Below, piece after piece: positions 23,469 to 35,900 of a stretch of DNA of 48,524 nucleotides. The position numbers and the translations under genes are program-made. Numbering within the stretch: position 1 is the first letter of the stretch; every line of letters begins with the position of its first letter. Origin of the DNA: Octopus bimaculoides. Taxonomy: Eukaryota. The notes beneath the pieces are model-generated. The model was given only the letters and a program-made list of their open reading frames with translations, was not told the origin of the DNA and did no database searches. The stretch covers positions 86,768,708 through 86,817,231 of the forward strand of contig NC_068984.1 in assembly GCF_001194135.2 (NCBI RefSeq), read 5' to 3'.

Positions 23469-24765
23469 TACTAGGGTCAGCTGAAAAGTTCATAGGCTAA
23501 TCAAGATACTCTTATGGATTATGGACCAAATGAGGTCAATTTTTCAACATAGTCCCCCTTGCAGTCCATGCACTTCTTTCATAAGTGTCACAGTGCTTGG
23601 ATTGCATTGGTGAAGAAGCTCTCATCTTGTTGGTCAAAAAAGTTGTCAACAGCAGATATGACATCATCACTGTGATACTGGCCTCCAGTCAAGTGTTTTT
23701 TTCATGTTCGGGAACAGATGATAGCCAGATGGGGCCAAATCAGGAGAATAGGGAGGCTGATCATCCTGTTCAAAGCCACCATCACACAGAGCAGCCATTG
23801 AAACCAAGGATTTGTAAGGTGGAGCATTGTCCTGAAGAAACAAGACCCCTTTCGTAGTTTTCTTGGATGTTTGGTCTTGATAGCCTTCCATAACTGCCTC
23901 AGTAAGTTGGCATACTACTCTCCTTAATGGAGTAGCCCTTTCGAAGACACTCAATGAACACAATGCCTTTTACATCCCAAAAACTGAGGCCATCACCTCC
24001 CCTGCAGATGAAACGACCTTGCCTTTCTTTGGAGCAGGTGAGGAGGGGTGTTTCCACTGCATGGATTGTTTCTTTGTCTCTGACTCATAGTGATGAAGCC
24101 AACTTTCATCCTGGGTTTGGAAACGTTCAAGGAAACCACCTGAATTTGCTTCAAACAATGAGAGATTTTCCTGTGATGTGATCAGCCTGGTGTGCTTTTA
24201 ATCAGGTGTCAGAAGACATGGCGCCCACCAAGCAGAAATCTTCATTATGCCAAGTGCAGTGTGCAGAATATTCTCAACTCTCTTGCTGAATATACTAATA
24301 GCATTGATTATTTGATTTATAGTCAATTGCCTGTCATCCATCACCATGTGGTGAACATGATCAATGTTTTCTTCAGTGGTGGCTGTTGCAGGATGTCCAG
24401 ACTTTGGGTGATCTTTTAAACTCTCCTTTCCCCTCCTAAATTCAGTTGCCCACTTTTGCACTATTGATAAAGCTGGAGTGTCATCCCCTAATATAGTAAC
24501 CATGTCAGCATGAATATCTTTGGGGAATAAATCCTTTTTCTGCAGATATTTGATAACAACATGATGCCAAATTTTGTCCATTTTCAAGAGAAGTTGCTGC
24601 TAGTTACTTTTGAAGTTTTTTTGAACAGTCAGATGTTGAAAGTTTACTTAGAAAGGAAGAATGCAGTTATTAATTAGATGCATTGAAATGAATGCATGCA
24701 AGATTTCACAGCTGTAGTGTCACTCCTTCTTAGTTAGTCTATGAACTTTTCACTCCATACTTGTA
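23469..24765 (-). mobile_element. Mariner transposon, near full length (about 1.3 kb), inactivated
   Basis: Fragments MDKIWHHVVIKYLQKK...RSG-like KSGHP...WWAP (WVP-like), TQDESWLHHYESETKKQSMQW, VLFLQDNAPP and QPPYSPDLAPSGYHLFPNMKK; TIR core tgaaaagttcatag(g/a)ctaa at both ends with flanking TA; multiple frameshifts. Confidence 0.95.
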
Positions 24766-24962
24766 TGTCAATCCTGTTCAAGGAGAGTTCACACACGCAC
24801 ACAATTGTTTCAGTTATTGGACAGTAGCCATGCTAGGGCACTACACTGAAATTTTTTTTTTTATCAAAATCTGGTACTTTAGCAAGAAATATAATAAATG
24901 CTGATATTTGAGAGTTAAAGAAGTATAGTGAATTATAGTACTGTTAATACAAAAATTGTAAG

Positions 24963-25235
24963 TGATGATGATGATGATGACGGCAGCAGTTCTTTGTATC
25001 CAAAAATCTCAATGAAGAGTGGCAAGCCCTTGGGTAGTTTTGTAAACTGATCCTTGAATGACAAGCTCTGGCACATTCGGGGCAAATATGTAGGCTTTGA
25101 TCAGATGGAGGTTGTGATGATGACTTTTCCCTTCCACTGCAGTTGCTCTGGTTTTCTCAAAGTAGCATTGACCTGGATGCAGTGTTGTCACACCTCCCTC
25201 TGTCCTGCAACACTTTTCCACCCTGTACAACTGAT
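24963..25235 (-). mobile_element. RTE LINE 3' end fragment
   Basis: Frame ...SSQPPSDQSLHICPECARACHSRISLQNYPRAC resembles the RTE C-terminal CxxCxRxCxSRIGLxSH motif; followed by a (CAT)n tail. Confidence 0.7.
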
Positions 25236-25524
25236 GCAAAAACAAGTTATTAAAAACTCAATTCTAATAATATTCACTAATTTGCTCCTGCAGTTTAAAC
25301 TTAATGTTATTACATAAGATTTAATTTGAAAGAATTTGAAAATTTATTATCCCTTTTGATATGCATATTTAAATATAAATTACTTTAATCTGTAATATTT
25401 CACAAACATGCAGCTTTAAAAACTATTAATCATTTCAGCAAAAACAACTGTTGATCTCAACCAAAAATAAAACTATTGAGAACACTTAAAATTTTTATAT
25501 AAAAAACAATTTATTTGATTTATT

Positions 25525-25975
25525 TATTGTTTTTGTTTTTGGTCAGTAAGTGTTATTTCCTATTTGCTTCTATCTAGAAATCAAAGGAAATGACTATTAT
25601 TCCTTTCAAACTTTGCTTTTGTGACCTGGACATCAATATTTTGAAACTGATCTATTTTCCATTACATTTCAGACAGATTCAGTGTTGAGTTGCTGAAGCA
25701 GAAATATTGTTATAGCAAATATTCTGCTCAATACCACAGATTTGTTTGTCAGTTGCTTGACCATAACCACTTGAGCATGACACTTAGTGGCTGACGATAA
25801 GTGCATCTTTGATGAAGAGCATCATAGTCATGTGTTGAGAAGGATTCTTTGGGGTTTGAATAAATGTAACAAAAGCAAAGTTTGAAAGAAATATTAGCCA
25901 TTTTTTGTACTTTCTAGAGGTAAGCAAATAAGAAATAACAGTTGCTACTCAAGGGCAAAAATCATATTACACAGT
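25525..25975. mobile_element. Interspersed MITE-like repeat, copy 2
   Basis: Colinear with 5690-6130. Confidence 0.75.
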
Positions 25976-27289
25976 TTAATCACTACTAAAAATTAATAAT
26001 TATAGGTGATTTCTACCAAATATAAAAAAAAAAAAACAGTGTTGCTCTTGTAGCAAAAACCCAACAGAGATTGAAACCATTGTTCTCGGATTTTCCCTGT
26101 CTAAGATCATGACTTGTTAGTGAACCATTTCTTCCAGCCTGTGGCGTGTGAGACGTTTACAGGGGCTGGACCATTAACAGTGAAGCTCTTGTCATTGTTG
26201 GCAGCTCACCTAATGAAGGCATCAGGTGATACCTAAGAAAGTGCTTGGCTCACCATCACTCGTAGTAATGCCATGAGCGTGTTGGCTCGCTTTAGTAGGT
26301 TCCTTTGAAATTTGTGATGCACAACCAATTGAAGCACTTAGTATTGAATTGATGTTTTCTCTTTCTTTTACTTTCTTTCTTCCTCTTTCTCCTTTTTTGT
26401 TCTTTTTTACTTTCTTTGCTCATATTTGCTTTTTCTTTGGGATTTTGATTTGTATTTTAATGTGGTTTTGTATTATATATGTATCATATACATACATGTT
26501 ATTTATCAAAAGGATGTGTTATAACACTATTCCACATATACAAAAATAACCATACCCACAATCCAACATACCTCCATCATCAGCTGCCCCACAGATATCA
26601 TTATGGTTTCAATACCTGGGCAGTACCATTCAATCCGGCGGTGGCAACAGCACTAAAATAAGTGTTGTTTGGGAACAAACATACCAAAGAAACCACAACT
26701 TTCAAACACATTTATCCTATGTACAACAGTCTTGGTAAATAAATTCAATAAGTAAATCAATAACCAACTTCTAAATATGTAACTAAACAGTGACCAAACC
26801 TTTAAGTCATACATTTTATTCCTTACAGTCTTCCATAGTATAATAAATGTGAAAGCTTAATAACCACATTCATTCAATCTAAATATAGGCAGGATTAAAT
26901 ACTAACTTTAAAATTAAACTACAACAAAGAAACACATAAATCTATGTACATCTGTATCAAATTTTCAATAAAGCTTATAGAGGTATTTTTCCATAAAAGG
27001 AAAAGAGCTGCCATATGAAAATATGGTTTGACCAATCAGCACTTGCTGAGGCACCAACTTCCAAAGGAAGTATGCAAGTTTTCCTGCCAAATGGATTGTA
27101 AAACCTTCTGGGCCAACAGGTGAGAAAATTTAACTTAGACTGGAGCTATCCCAGGTTTACATTGGTCATGTTGCTTTTACTCCATATGATAGACTCTCAA
27201 AGGTATGATCTTTATATAATGAAATTTTTGGTGGAAATTATACCAATTTTTTTTTTATGAATTGAATCAGTTATAGTAAAAAATTAGAA

Positions 27290-27650
27290 ATGAGCAAACA
27301 AACCACATGGTTCCAGGTTTAGTCCCACTGCGCGGCACCTTGGGCAATGTCTTCTACCATAGCTTCAGGCTGACCAGAGCCTTGTAAGTGGATTTGGTTG
27401 ATGGAAACTGAAAGAAGCCTATCATGTGTGTGTGTGTGTGTATTTGTATGTCTCTGTTTGTCACCTCACCATCGCTTGGCAACCAATGTTGATTGTGTTT
27501 ATGTCCCTGTAACATAGCAGTTTGGAAAAATGGACCGATAGAATAAGTACTAGGCTTACAAAGAATAAGTCCTGGGGTCGATTTGTTCAACTAAAGGTGG
27601 TGCTCCAGTATGGTTGCAGTCAAATGGCTGAAACAAGTAGAAGAATAAAA
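27290..27650 (+). mobile_element. SINE family B
   Basis: aaccacatggttccaggtttagtcccactgcgcggcaccttgggc...(gt)n...gaataagtactaggcttacaaagaataagtcc...gaaacaagtagaagaataaaagaa. Confidence 0.88.
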
Positions 27651-28015
27651 GAATATGTAAATACATTGCTGTGGTGGTAAATAAAATATTTAGAAATTCA
27701 CTCAAGTCTTAGTGTGGTTGTTATCATCACATGCATCCTACCAACCTACTTGGCAATTGAGAACAACTAGAGAAGATAGATGAGCATACAAAACAACAAT
27801 AGAAATCATATAGTGAAAGTGAAAACTACTCAAGCATAAACCTTGGCTCTTTTACTGCAGAAATAACGAGATGTATCCACTCAAAATTTCATTACCTTAA
27901 CTGCAGAAAGTCAGTTTTTTTTATACCAAACTATCTTTTTGCTGAAGAATGTCATGTTTTGACACTAATTTTTATATAATAATAATAGTAATAATAATAA
28001 TAATAATAATAAAAA

Positions 28016-28294
28016 ACAGAAACAATTCCTATCATAGTAGGTGCCTTAGGTATAATAAAAAAATATTCAGACAAATACCTAACAAAAACACCAGGACTTA
28101 CAAATATATATAACATACAGAAAATTGCACTACTGGGCACTGCACACATCCTACGCAAAACACTTTCAATACAGTAACCATAAGAACACCACAGCAAACC
28201 ACAGCACATACCCAAGGCGCACAGAGTTGCGCTCGGTAGTGAAGTGAAAGCACGTTATAAAAATAAAACTACTGAACAATAATAATAATAATAA
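28016..28294 (+). mobile_element. R4/Dong-like non-LTR retrotransposon 3' end inserted in (TAA)n
   Basis: Open frame 28016-28177 TETIPIIVGALGIIKKYSDKYLTKTPGLTNIYNIQKIALLGTAHILRKTLSIQ* matches the C-terminus of RLE-type LINEs (PxxxGxLG...IQKxxLLGTxxILRK); about 100-nt 3' UTR; (TAA)n on both sides. Confidence 0.8.
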
Positions 28295-28809
28295 TGAAAT
28301 TATTGTGTATAATGCTCAGGTGCACCACAACCCATCAAAGGTGCATGTGCAGTACATAGAATTATGTTGAGATAAATCAAGTTTATTGATGCAAGGTAAC
28401 TTGCAGAAAATACCAATTCTATTTTTCAGTAGATATTTAATTTCATTACTGGAATAACCATGGAATAAAATTTCACAGTTAAAGGATTAAATGAAAAATG
28501 TGATATCATAAATGCCATTAAAACATACCAGATATAAAAGCCTTACTTCTTATAATTCTTCTGAAAGGATAAGTTTGTTGTGTGAATGAGATGGAAAGCA
28601 GATAAAGTTTTAGTCTCAAAAAACTAAATCCACATTTAGGAATTAAACATGGTAATTAGGTACTGGAAAAGTAAGAGTTTTATGATACATCACAGTTAGT
28701 TATGAAGATATCCTTGTAGGAGAATATAGGAAATCAATAAAAGGTATTATACCAAGTCTAGATAGATTAATTGCTCCCTCTATTAATTAATGAAGATAGC
28801 ACATCTTAC

Positions 28810-29225
28810 TCGTTTACTCTTTTACTTGCTTCAGTCATTTGACTGCGGCCATGCTGGAGCACTGCCTTTAGTCGAGCAAATTGACCCCAGGACTTATTCT
28901 TTGTAAGCCAAGTACTTATTCTATTGGTCTCTTTTGCCGAACTGCTAAGTTACGGGGACGTAAAGACACCAGCATCGGTTGTCAAGCGATGTTGGGGGGA
29001 CAAACACAGACCCACAAACACACACACACACATATATATATATACATATACATATATACGATGGGTTTCTTTCAGTTTCTGTCTACCAAATCCACTCACA
29101 AGGCTTTGGTCAGCCCGAAGCTATAGTAGAAGACATTTGCCCAAGGTGCCATGCAGTGAGACTGAACCCAGAACCATGTGGTTGGTAAGCAAGCTACTTA
29201 CCACACAGCCACTCCTGTGCCTATG
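28810..29225 (-). mobile_element. SINE family B, full length
   Basis: Complete reverse-oriented copy; accounts for ORFs 28881, 28924 and 28979. Confidence 0.9.
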
Positions 29226-29484
29226 TTAATGATTAATCTTGTTAATGATTTCTACTTGTAAGATGATGAAATGAACATTAACAGAAATATTGAAAGTTAT
29301 AAACATTTGTAATAAAACAAATATTGTAAATACAGAAATAATAAATATTTTTAATTATATAAAAATACACATGAGCAAGATGTGCCTCATCACCACCAAT
29401 CAGTCTGTGAAGGCAGTTATCTTTAAATAAGAATTGACTCGAACTGTGATAACCTGTCCAACTCACGCCAACATGGAAAACAGG

Positions 29485-29492
29485 CATGATGA

Positions 29493-29526
<34 letters not shown>

Positions 29527-29610
29527 GGTGATGGTGGTGGTGGTGGTGGTGGTGGTGATGATGATGATGATGACGGTGGCAGTGGCAGTTGTGACAGTAG
29601 TAGTGATGAA
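29485..29610. repeat. Compound (GAT)n/(GGT)n microsatellite
   Basis: Directly visible; produces poly-D/G and poly-T/I pseudo-ORFs. Confidence 0.95.
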
Positions 29611-30249
29611 ATGGGGTTGGGGTTGGAGGTTGGGGTGAATTAAACAGTACATATCTAATGAAGGAACCAACTCAGTAGAAATTGATGTTGTTACAATAAC
29701 TTAGATTCCATTTTCATTTAAGAAGAGAATATAATAGATCCATACATGGAACAGATCTATTGCTAATGTTGCTTTTGCTGCTGCTGCTGTGGCTACTGCT
29801 GTTACTGTTTTGCCCTAGGTCAGCTTTCAGCAAGAAGATCTACAGTCAAAGGTGTCCTAATTGTGATCATCCTGTGTTTTTGTATATCAGGGACTACACT
29901 GGGCAATGTGTTCTCCCTTTTATTTAGAACAGTAGGGTGATATTTGATGGAGATTTTACTGCTATTTCTAGAAGGCTGAGTATCCACTTAAAGGCTCCTT
30001 CATTATCTTGTCAGACTCTTTGCAGGGGCTGTCAGCTAATGTCTATCCTTAGAAAGGAGAAAGAAAACTAGTAATTGCTAAGAGAAGGTTTGTACACAGC
30101 AATTCAAATATTCTGTTAAGATGAAGTATAATGATCTTGAGAACACAATCTCTCTTAACAGTGTTAACCCAAATGAGTTCTATATAAGATACATTTGACT
30201 GCATAACTTTTCAGCCTATGAGGAGAGCCAAGGTACCCTTGAGACTTAC

Positions 30250-30310
30250 TCAGCTTCTCAAATCTCTTGGCTAAATCCGAGAAAAAGCTTTCATTGGTAG
30301 TGAAGTCCAT
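30250..30310 (-). CDS. Candidate start-codon exon of an unidentified gene (MDFTTNESFFSDLAKRFEKL)
   Basis: Exon 30250-30330 bounded by ctgttctctctag and gtaagt; all three frames have a stop in the first 21 nt, then an ATG opens 20 codons to a phase-1 donor. No homology recognised. Confidence 0.3.
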
Positions 30311-30669
30311 TAACTAAATGCTCTCATTGCCTAGAGAGAACAGATAATATCTATTTTGGTCAGCTAGATATTAGCTCTAGAAGAAATATTGGAGGTATCA
30401 TCTATTACTTTATGTAATTCTTACCGGAAAACAACATCGAGAAAGTTTTTACAATTGACATTTATCAATATTCAGAACAGAATCAAACCAGAGGCTGTTA
30501 TTACAGACTTCATTTTATTTTTTAAACTCATTTCAATATTTGTTATATCAATATTTTCCACATAGGCAATGCAGAATAAACGTTAAACATTGTAATGCTA
30601 AGTTATTATGATATACTGCATTACATAATATTTCTAAAGACATTTTAACTAACAATAATAAACAAATGT

Positions 30670-30821
30670 ATATGTGTAGTTGTGTGGTAAGAAATTTGCT
30701 TCCAACCACATGGTTCCAGGTTCTATCCCACTACATGGCACCTTGGGCGAGTGTTTCTACTATAGCCTCAGGCTGACTGAAACCTTGTAAGTGGATTTGG
30801 TGGATGGAAACTGAAAGGAGC

Positions 30822-30883
<62 letters not shown>

Positions 30884-31110
30884 ATGTGTGTGTTTGTCAT
30901 TGTCTTTGTATTTATAACCCTACCATCACTTGACAACCAATGCTGGTGTATTTACATCCCTGTAACTTAGCAGTTTGGCAAAAGACACCAATAGAATAAG
31001 TACCGGGCTTAAAGAAATAAGTACAGGGGTCAATTCATTTGACTAAAATTCTTCAAGGTGGTGTCCCAGCATGGCCCAATCTAATGTCTGAAAGAAGTAA
31101 AAGATAAAAG
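30670..31110 (+). mobile_element. SINE family B with (GT)n expansion
   Basis: Same family as the copy at 27290. Confidence 0.88.
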
Positions 31111-32315
31111 GTAAAAGGTTTCAATATAGTTTTTATATCAATATTTTCCATGTTTTTACAGAAATTTTGCGAAGTAAATGGTAAAAATTGTAACACTAAG
31201 TTATGATATACTGCATTACATAATATGTCTAAAGAGATTTTAGCTAATAGTGTATGTTAATACAATAGACAAATGTATACATCATGTCTCTATATACATT
31301 ATTTTCATAAACAGAATCGAAGATCAACCAAATTAACTTCAACTTTAAATCTATGTTAGGATTTCATCAGTGACTGAATACCCTTCTTTGATTGTTCATG
31401 GAGACACTCCTTAAAACTTCAAAGACTAACATGGGCTGAAATAATTTAGATAGATCAAAGGATATATTCGATAGTATAGTATAGTATTAAACCAAAACAC
31501 TGTTAACGTAATAGTAATTTATTAATCAAATTACCTCCCAAAAATGCATGATATATGCAAATTAGTCTTTGCCGTTTGCTTTAGCCTGTAGTAATTGTGG
31601 ACTAACAAGTAGCATCTCTATGATCAGTTTAAGAGAATGCTTGGTCATAGATGAAATCCCAACATAGAATGCAAATAAGTCTGGCTGATTCCTCTTTTTT
31701 TGTCTTTGAAGATATAGTATATAAAGAGGTGTTCATTTCCATATATACATTCAATAAACTTTTGTCTAACATTTATAGATAGAGTAGTACTATGTAGCTG
31801 AAACAAAACATATTTAATGCACCAGTAATTTATTAATAAAATTAAGTTCCCGATCCTGTTTGGCTCTTTCTTGAATCCATTTGACCTCACTTTTGTTGCT
31901 GATGTATGTATGGAAAAAATAATTAACAAACATTACAACATTCCATTCTCTTCCCTTATAAATAAACATGGGCCTTGTGTATTATCAAAGAGAAATTATT
32001 TTAATGAATCTTTGAAAAGAAATAGCTTAATAAATTATTTACATACCATGAGCAGCATGACACCTGTACATGTCTCTCTATCATATTTTGACTTACTGTC
32101 AACTGGCATAAAACCACTTCTTTCAATACTACACACCCACAGTTGAGGGGGTCTTCTCTTATGAGTTATTTGATGATCTCACTGGTGCTGGTGCCACATA
32201 GAAAGCACCAACCAGTACACTTTGTAAAGTGGTTGGCATTAAGAAGGGAATCCAACTATAGAAACCATGCTAAGTAGGCAGCATGGAAAACAGATGTTAA
32301 ATGATGATGATGGCA

Positions 32316-32351
<36 letters not shown>

Positions 32352-32356
32352 CATGA

Positions 32357-32416
<60 letters not shown>

Positions 32417-34389
32417 GTACTTTCGTAGCAAGTGACTTGATTTAAGATCAATTGCAGCGTGGAAGATGTTTGTAAGCTGTTCAAGGACACACAAATAAAT
32501 TTAAATGTTGAAGTGAAACTAATGGATTTTGTGTGTTCTTGNNNNNNNNNNNNNNNNNNNNNNNNNNNNNNNNNNNNNNNNNNNNNNNNNNNNNNNNNNN
32601 NNNNNNNNNNNNNNNNNNNNNNNNNNNNNNNNNNNNNNNNNNNNNNNNNNNNNNNNNNNNNNNNNNNNNNNNNNNNNNNNNNNNNNNNNNNNNNNNNNNN
32701 NNNNNNNNNNNNNNNNNNNNNNNNNNNNNNNNNNNNNNNNNNNNNNNNNNNNNNNNNNNNNNNNNNNNNNNNNNNNNNNNNNNNNNNNNNNNNNNNNNNN
32801 NNNNNNNNNNNNNNNNNNNNNNNNNNNNNNNNNNNNNNNNNNNNNNNNNNNNNNNNNNNNNNNNNNNNNNNNNNNNNNNNNNNNNNNNNNNNNNNNNNNN
32901 NNNNNNNNNNNNNNNNNNNNNNNNNNNNNNNNNNNNNNNNNNNNNNNNNNNNNNNNNNNNNNNNNNNNNNNNNNNNNNNNNNNNNNNNNNNNNNNNNNNN
33001 NNNNNNNNNNNNNNNNNNNNNNNNNNNNNNNNNNNNNNNNNNNNNNNNNNNNNNNNNNNNNNNNNNNNNNNNNNNNNNNNNNNNNNNNNNNNNNNNNNNN
33101 NNNNNNNNNNNNNNNNNNNNNNNNNNNNNNNNNNNNNNNNNNNNNNNNNNNNNNNNNNNNNNNNNNNNNNNNNNNNNNNNNNNNNNNNNNNNNNNNNNNN
33201 NNNNNNNNNNNNNNNNNNNNNNNNNNNNNNNNNNNNNNNNNNNNNNNNNNNNNNNNNNNNNNNNNNNNNNNNNNNNNNNNNNNNNNNNNNNNNNNNNNNN
33301 NNNNNNNNNNNNNNNNNNNNNNNNNNNNNNNNNNNNNNNNNNNNNNNNNNNNNNNNNNNNNNNNNNNNNNNNNNNNNNNNNNNNNNNNNNNNNNNNNNNN
33401 NNNNNNNNNNNNNNNNNNNNNNNNNNNNNNNNNNNNNNNNNNNNNNNNNNNNNNNNNNNNNNNNNNNNNNNNNNNNNNNNNNNNNNNNNNNNNNNNNNNN
33501 NNNNNNNNNNNNNNNNNNNNNNNNNNNNNNNNTATATATATATATATATATATGCATGCGCGTGCACACACACATACATACACATATAAGATATAAGGAT
33601 GTAAGGTGCAGGTGTGAATCTGTCATAAGAAGTTTCTTCCCCGACCATATGGCTTTGGATTTAGTCTCACTGCATAGTACCTCAAGTAAGCGTCTTCAAC
33701 TCTAGCCCCAGGATGACCAAAGCCTTGCCTTTGAGTGGATTTGGTAGACAGAAGCTGAAAGAAGCCCATCGTACATCATATAATTCTTCTTGTCACTCTA
33801 TTAATAAGTTAGCAGGCATGTTACACTCTGCCTGTTTGCCACTGATCTTGCTTGGATCAAGATACCACATAAATTAGCAGTAAAGGCCTATCAATGCACA
33901 ACATATATGGAGAAGCTATTTAATTAACATGAAATGAACAGCCATATCTGGCAAAAATATTCCATCACTTTTATGTTCAAACTGACCAGATCCAGCTTCT
34001 TACACCTATCCTACAATGTCATTCCATAAATAAACAATCACATCATTGAAGACTTAAAGTTACAAGATAATATATGATTAATTCAAAATGATGTGAAAAA
34101 ATAAACATTACATTTGAATGTCAAAGATTTAAGGAAAACTTTATATTGTAAGTTATTGCATTTGTGAATAGTTACTTTGCTTATGTTTTTCTGTTTTTCT
34201 AGCTAACTTTTATACTTGTGGCTTTACTTGGATGACTTTAATGAATTATTATGACATATCACAATTTCTGGTTTTAGTGTATCTATATCATATCTGTACC
34301 ACATATTTAGTTCAGCCTTATCTGTACCATATATTAATATTTACTTTACAATTTATTAAGTAATGTGTTTAAGTGAATGTATATAGGGA

Positions 34390-34930
34390 GAATTCCCCAA
34401 AAAACAAAAGACGAAGACAGGTGGTGTAAACAACAAATAGATGTATTAGTTTAATGCTTGGAAGTGAAAAAAGTCTTTAACGTTTCGAGCCTACGCTCTT
34501 TCACAGAAAGGAACACAGAAAGGAACACAGAAAGAAACAGGGAGAGAAAATAATGAATGTGTAGTGGCTAGTGATCTATCATGGCGAATGTCGGACAGAG
34601 AGGTCACACAGGAGAGCTAGGAAGAAGGGGAGATAATAAAGTAGCGGTGATCCTAAAACGAAAGTACGCATGCGTGTGTATAAGAGAGCATGTATGTGCG
34701 TGTGGAAGAGGGCTGGTGACATTGACGTGTGTGTGTGTGCATGTATAGGTGTGTGGATGATGGTGTGGGTGCTGGGAAGTGATCAGTGCTAGTGTGTGCG
34801 TGGTGGTGTAATGTGATGTGGTGTTGTGTGGTATGGTGGTGTGTGGTGTGTGGTGTGGTGGTGTGTAGTGTGGTAGTGTGTGGTGTAGTGTGGTGGTGTG
34901 TGGTGTGGTGTGTTGTGGTAGTGTGTGGTG
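34390..34930 (-). mobile_element. Penelope-like remnant with hammerhead-like motif, running into a (GTG/GT)n satellite and a gap
   Basis: Minus strand cttt-ctgtgaaa-gagc-gtag-gctc-gaaa-cgtt-aaag at 34475-34510. Confidence 0.55.
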
Positions 34931-35476
34931 TGNNNNNNNNNNNNNNNNNNNNNNNNNNNNNNNNNNNNNNNNNNNNNNNNNNNNNNNNNNNNNNNNNNNN
35001 NNNNNNNNNNNNNNNNNNNNNNNNNNNNNNNNNNNNNNNNNNNNNNNNNNNNNNNNNNNNNNNNNNNNNNNNNNNNNNNNNNNNNNNNNNNNNNNNNNNN
35101 NNNNNNNNNNNNNNNNNNNNNNNNNNNNNNNNNNNNNNNNNNNNNNNNNNNNNNNNNNNNNNNNNNNNNNNNNNNNNNNNNNNNNNNNNNNNNNNNNNNN
35201 NNNNNNNNNNNNNNNNNNNNNNNNNNNNNNNNNNNNNNNNNNNNNNNNNNNNNNNNNNNNNNNNNNNNNNNNNNNNNNNNNNNNNNNNNNNNNNNNNNNN
35301 NNNNNNNNNNNNNNNNNNNNNNNNNNNNNNNNNNNNNNNNNNNNNNNNNNNNNNNNNNNNNNNNNNNNNNNNNNNNNNNNNNNNNNNNNNNNNNNNNNNN
35401 NNNNNNNNNNNNNNNNNNNNNNNNNNNNNNNNNNNNNNNNNNNNNNNNNNNNNNNNNNNNNNNNNNNNNNNNNNNN

Positions 35477-35900
35477 AAAAGAATTTACCGTAAAGTAATG
35501 CACACACCAGAAGTTTTCCCATGTTGCTCTGTGGTGAAACAATGCTTTTAGTGCAATTGATTTTATTGCACCAGAAATTATTTTTTCAAATATAAATGTA
35601 ATAAGAGTGTTGTAGAGATTGCCTACTTCATAGAATATTCAGAGGTCCAGTTAGTGTACAGGTTTTGTTAGTTCTTTGAAGACACTTCTTTCAAGAGCTC
35701 TAAATTTTTTCTTATTTTTTTTTACCCTTCTTTTCAGATAAATCATTTCAGACATCAGGTTGATTCAGCAAATGAAAAGACATGCTGTAATCATTGCCTT
35801 AAAAGTGCAACATTGTGACACAGAGATAGCTCACTTCCCAAAAGTTGCCTGATCCTTCATTATCAAAGTTTGAAAAGAGCTGGAAGCTGCTGACAGGGAT
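35477..35900 (+). mobile_element. Tc1/mariner 5' fragment
   Basis: Decayed frame MKRHAVIIALKVQHCDTEIAHFPKVA*SFIIKV*KELEAADR resembles an N-terminal HTH of a Tc1/mariner transposase. Confidence 0.6.

Noticed and set aside
27050-27205. Plus-strand frames FPAKWIVKPSGPTG and LELSQVYIGHVAFTPYDRLSK with donor-like ends
   Set aside because: The acceptors are weak, the 19-nt spacing is too short for an intron, and no homology was recognised.
29278-29670. Poly-Thr/Ile and poly-Asp/Gly ORFs
   Set aside because: They are translations of a compound trinucleotide microsatellite.
31871-32146. 91-aa plus-strand ORF
   Set aside because: It uses a non-ATG start, is AT-rich, and has no recognisable domain or splice support.
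32239-35551. Long ORFs of 200-470 aa in the ORF track
   Set aside because: They are artefacts of N-gaps and microsatellites.
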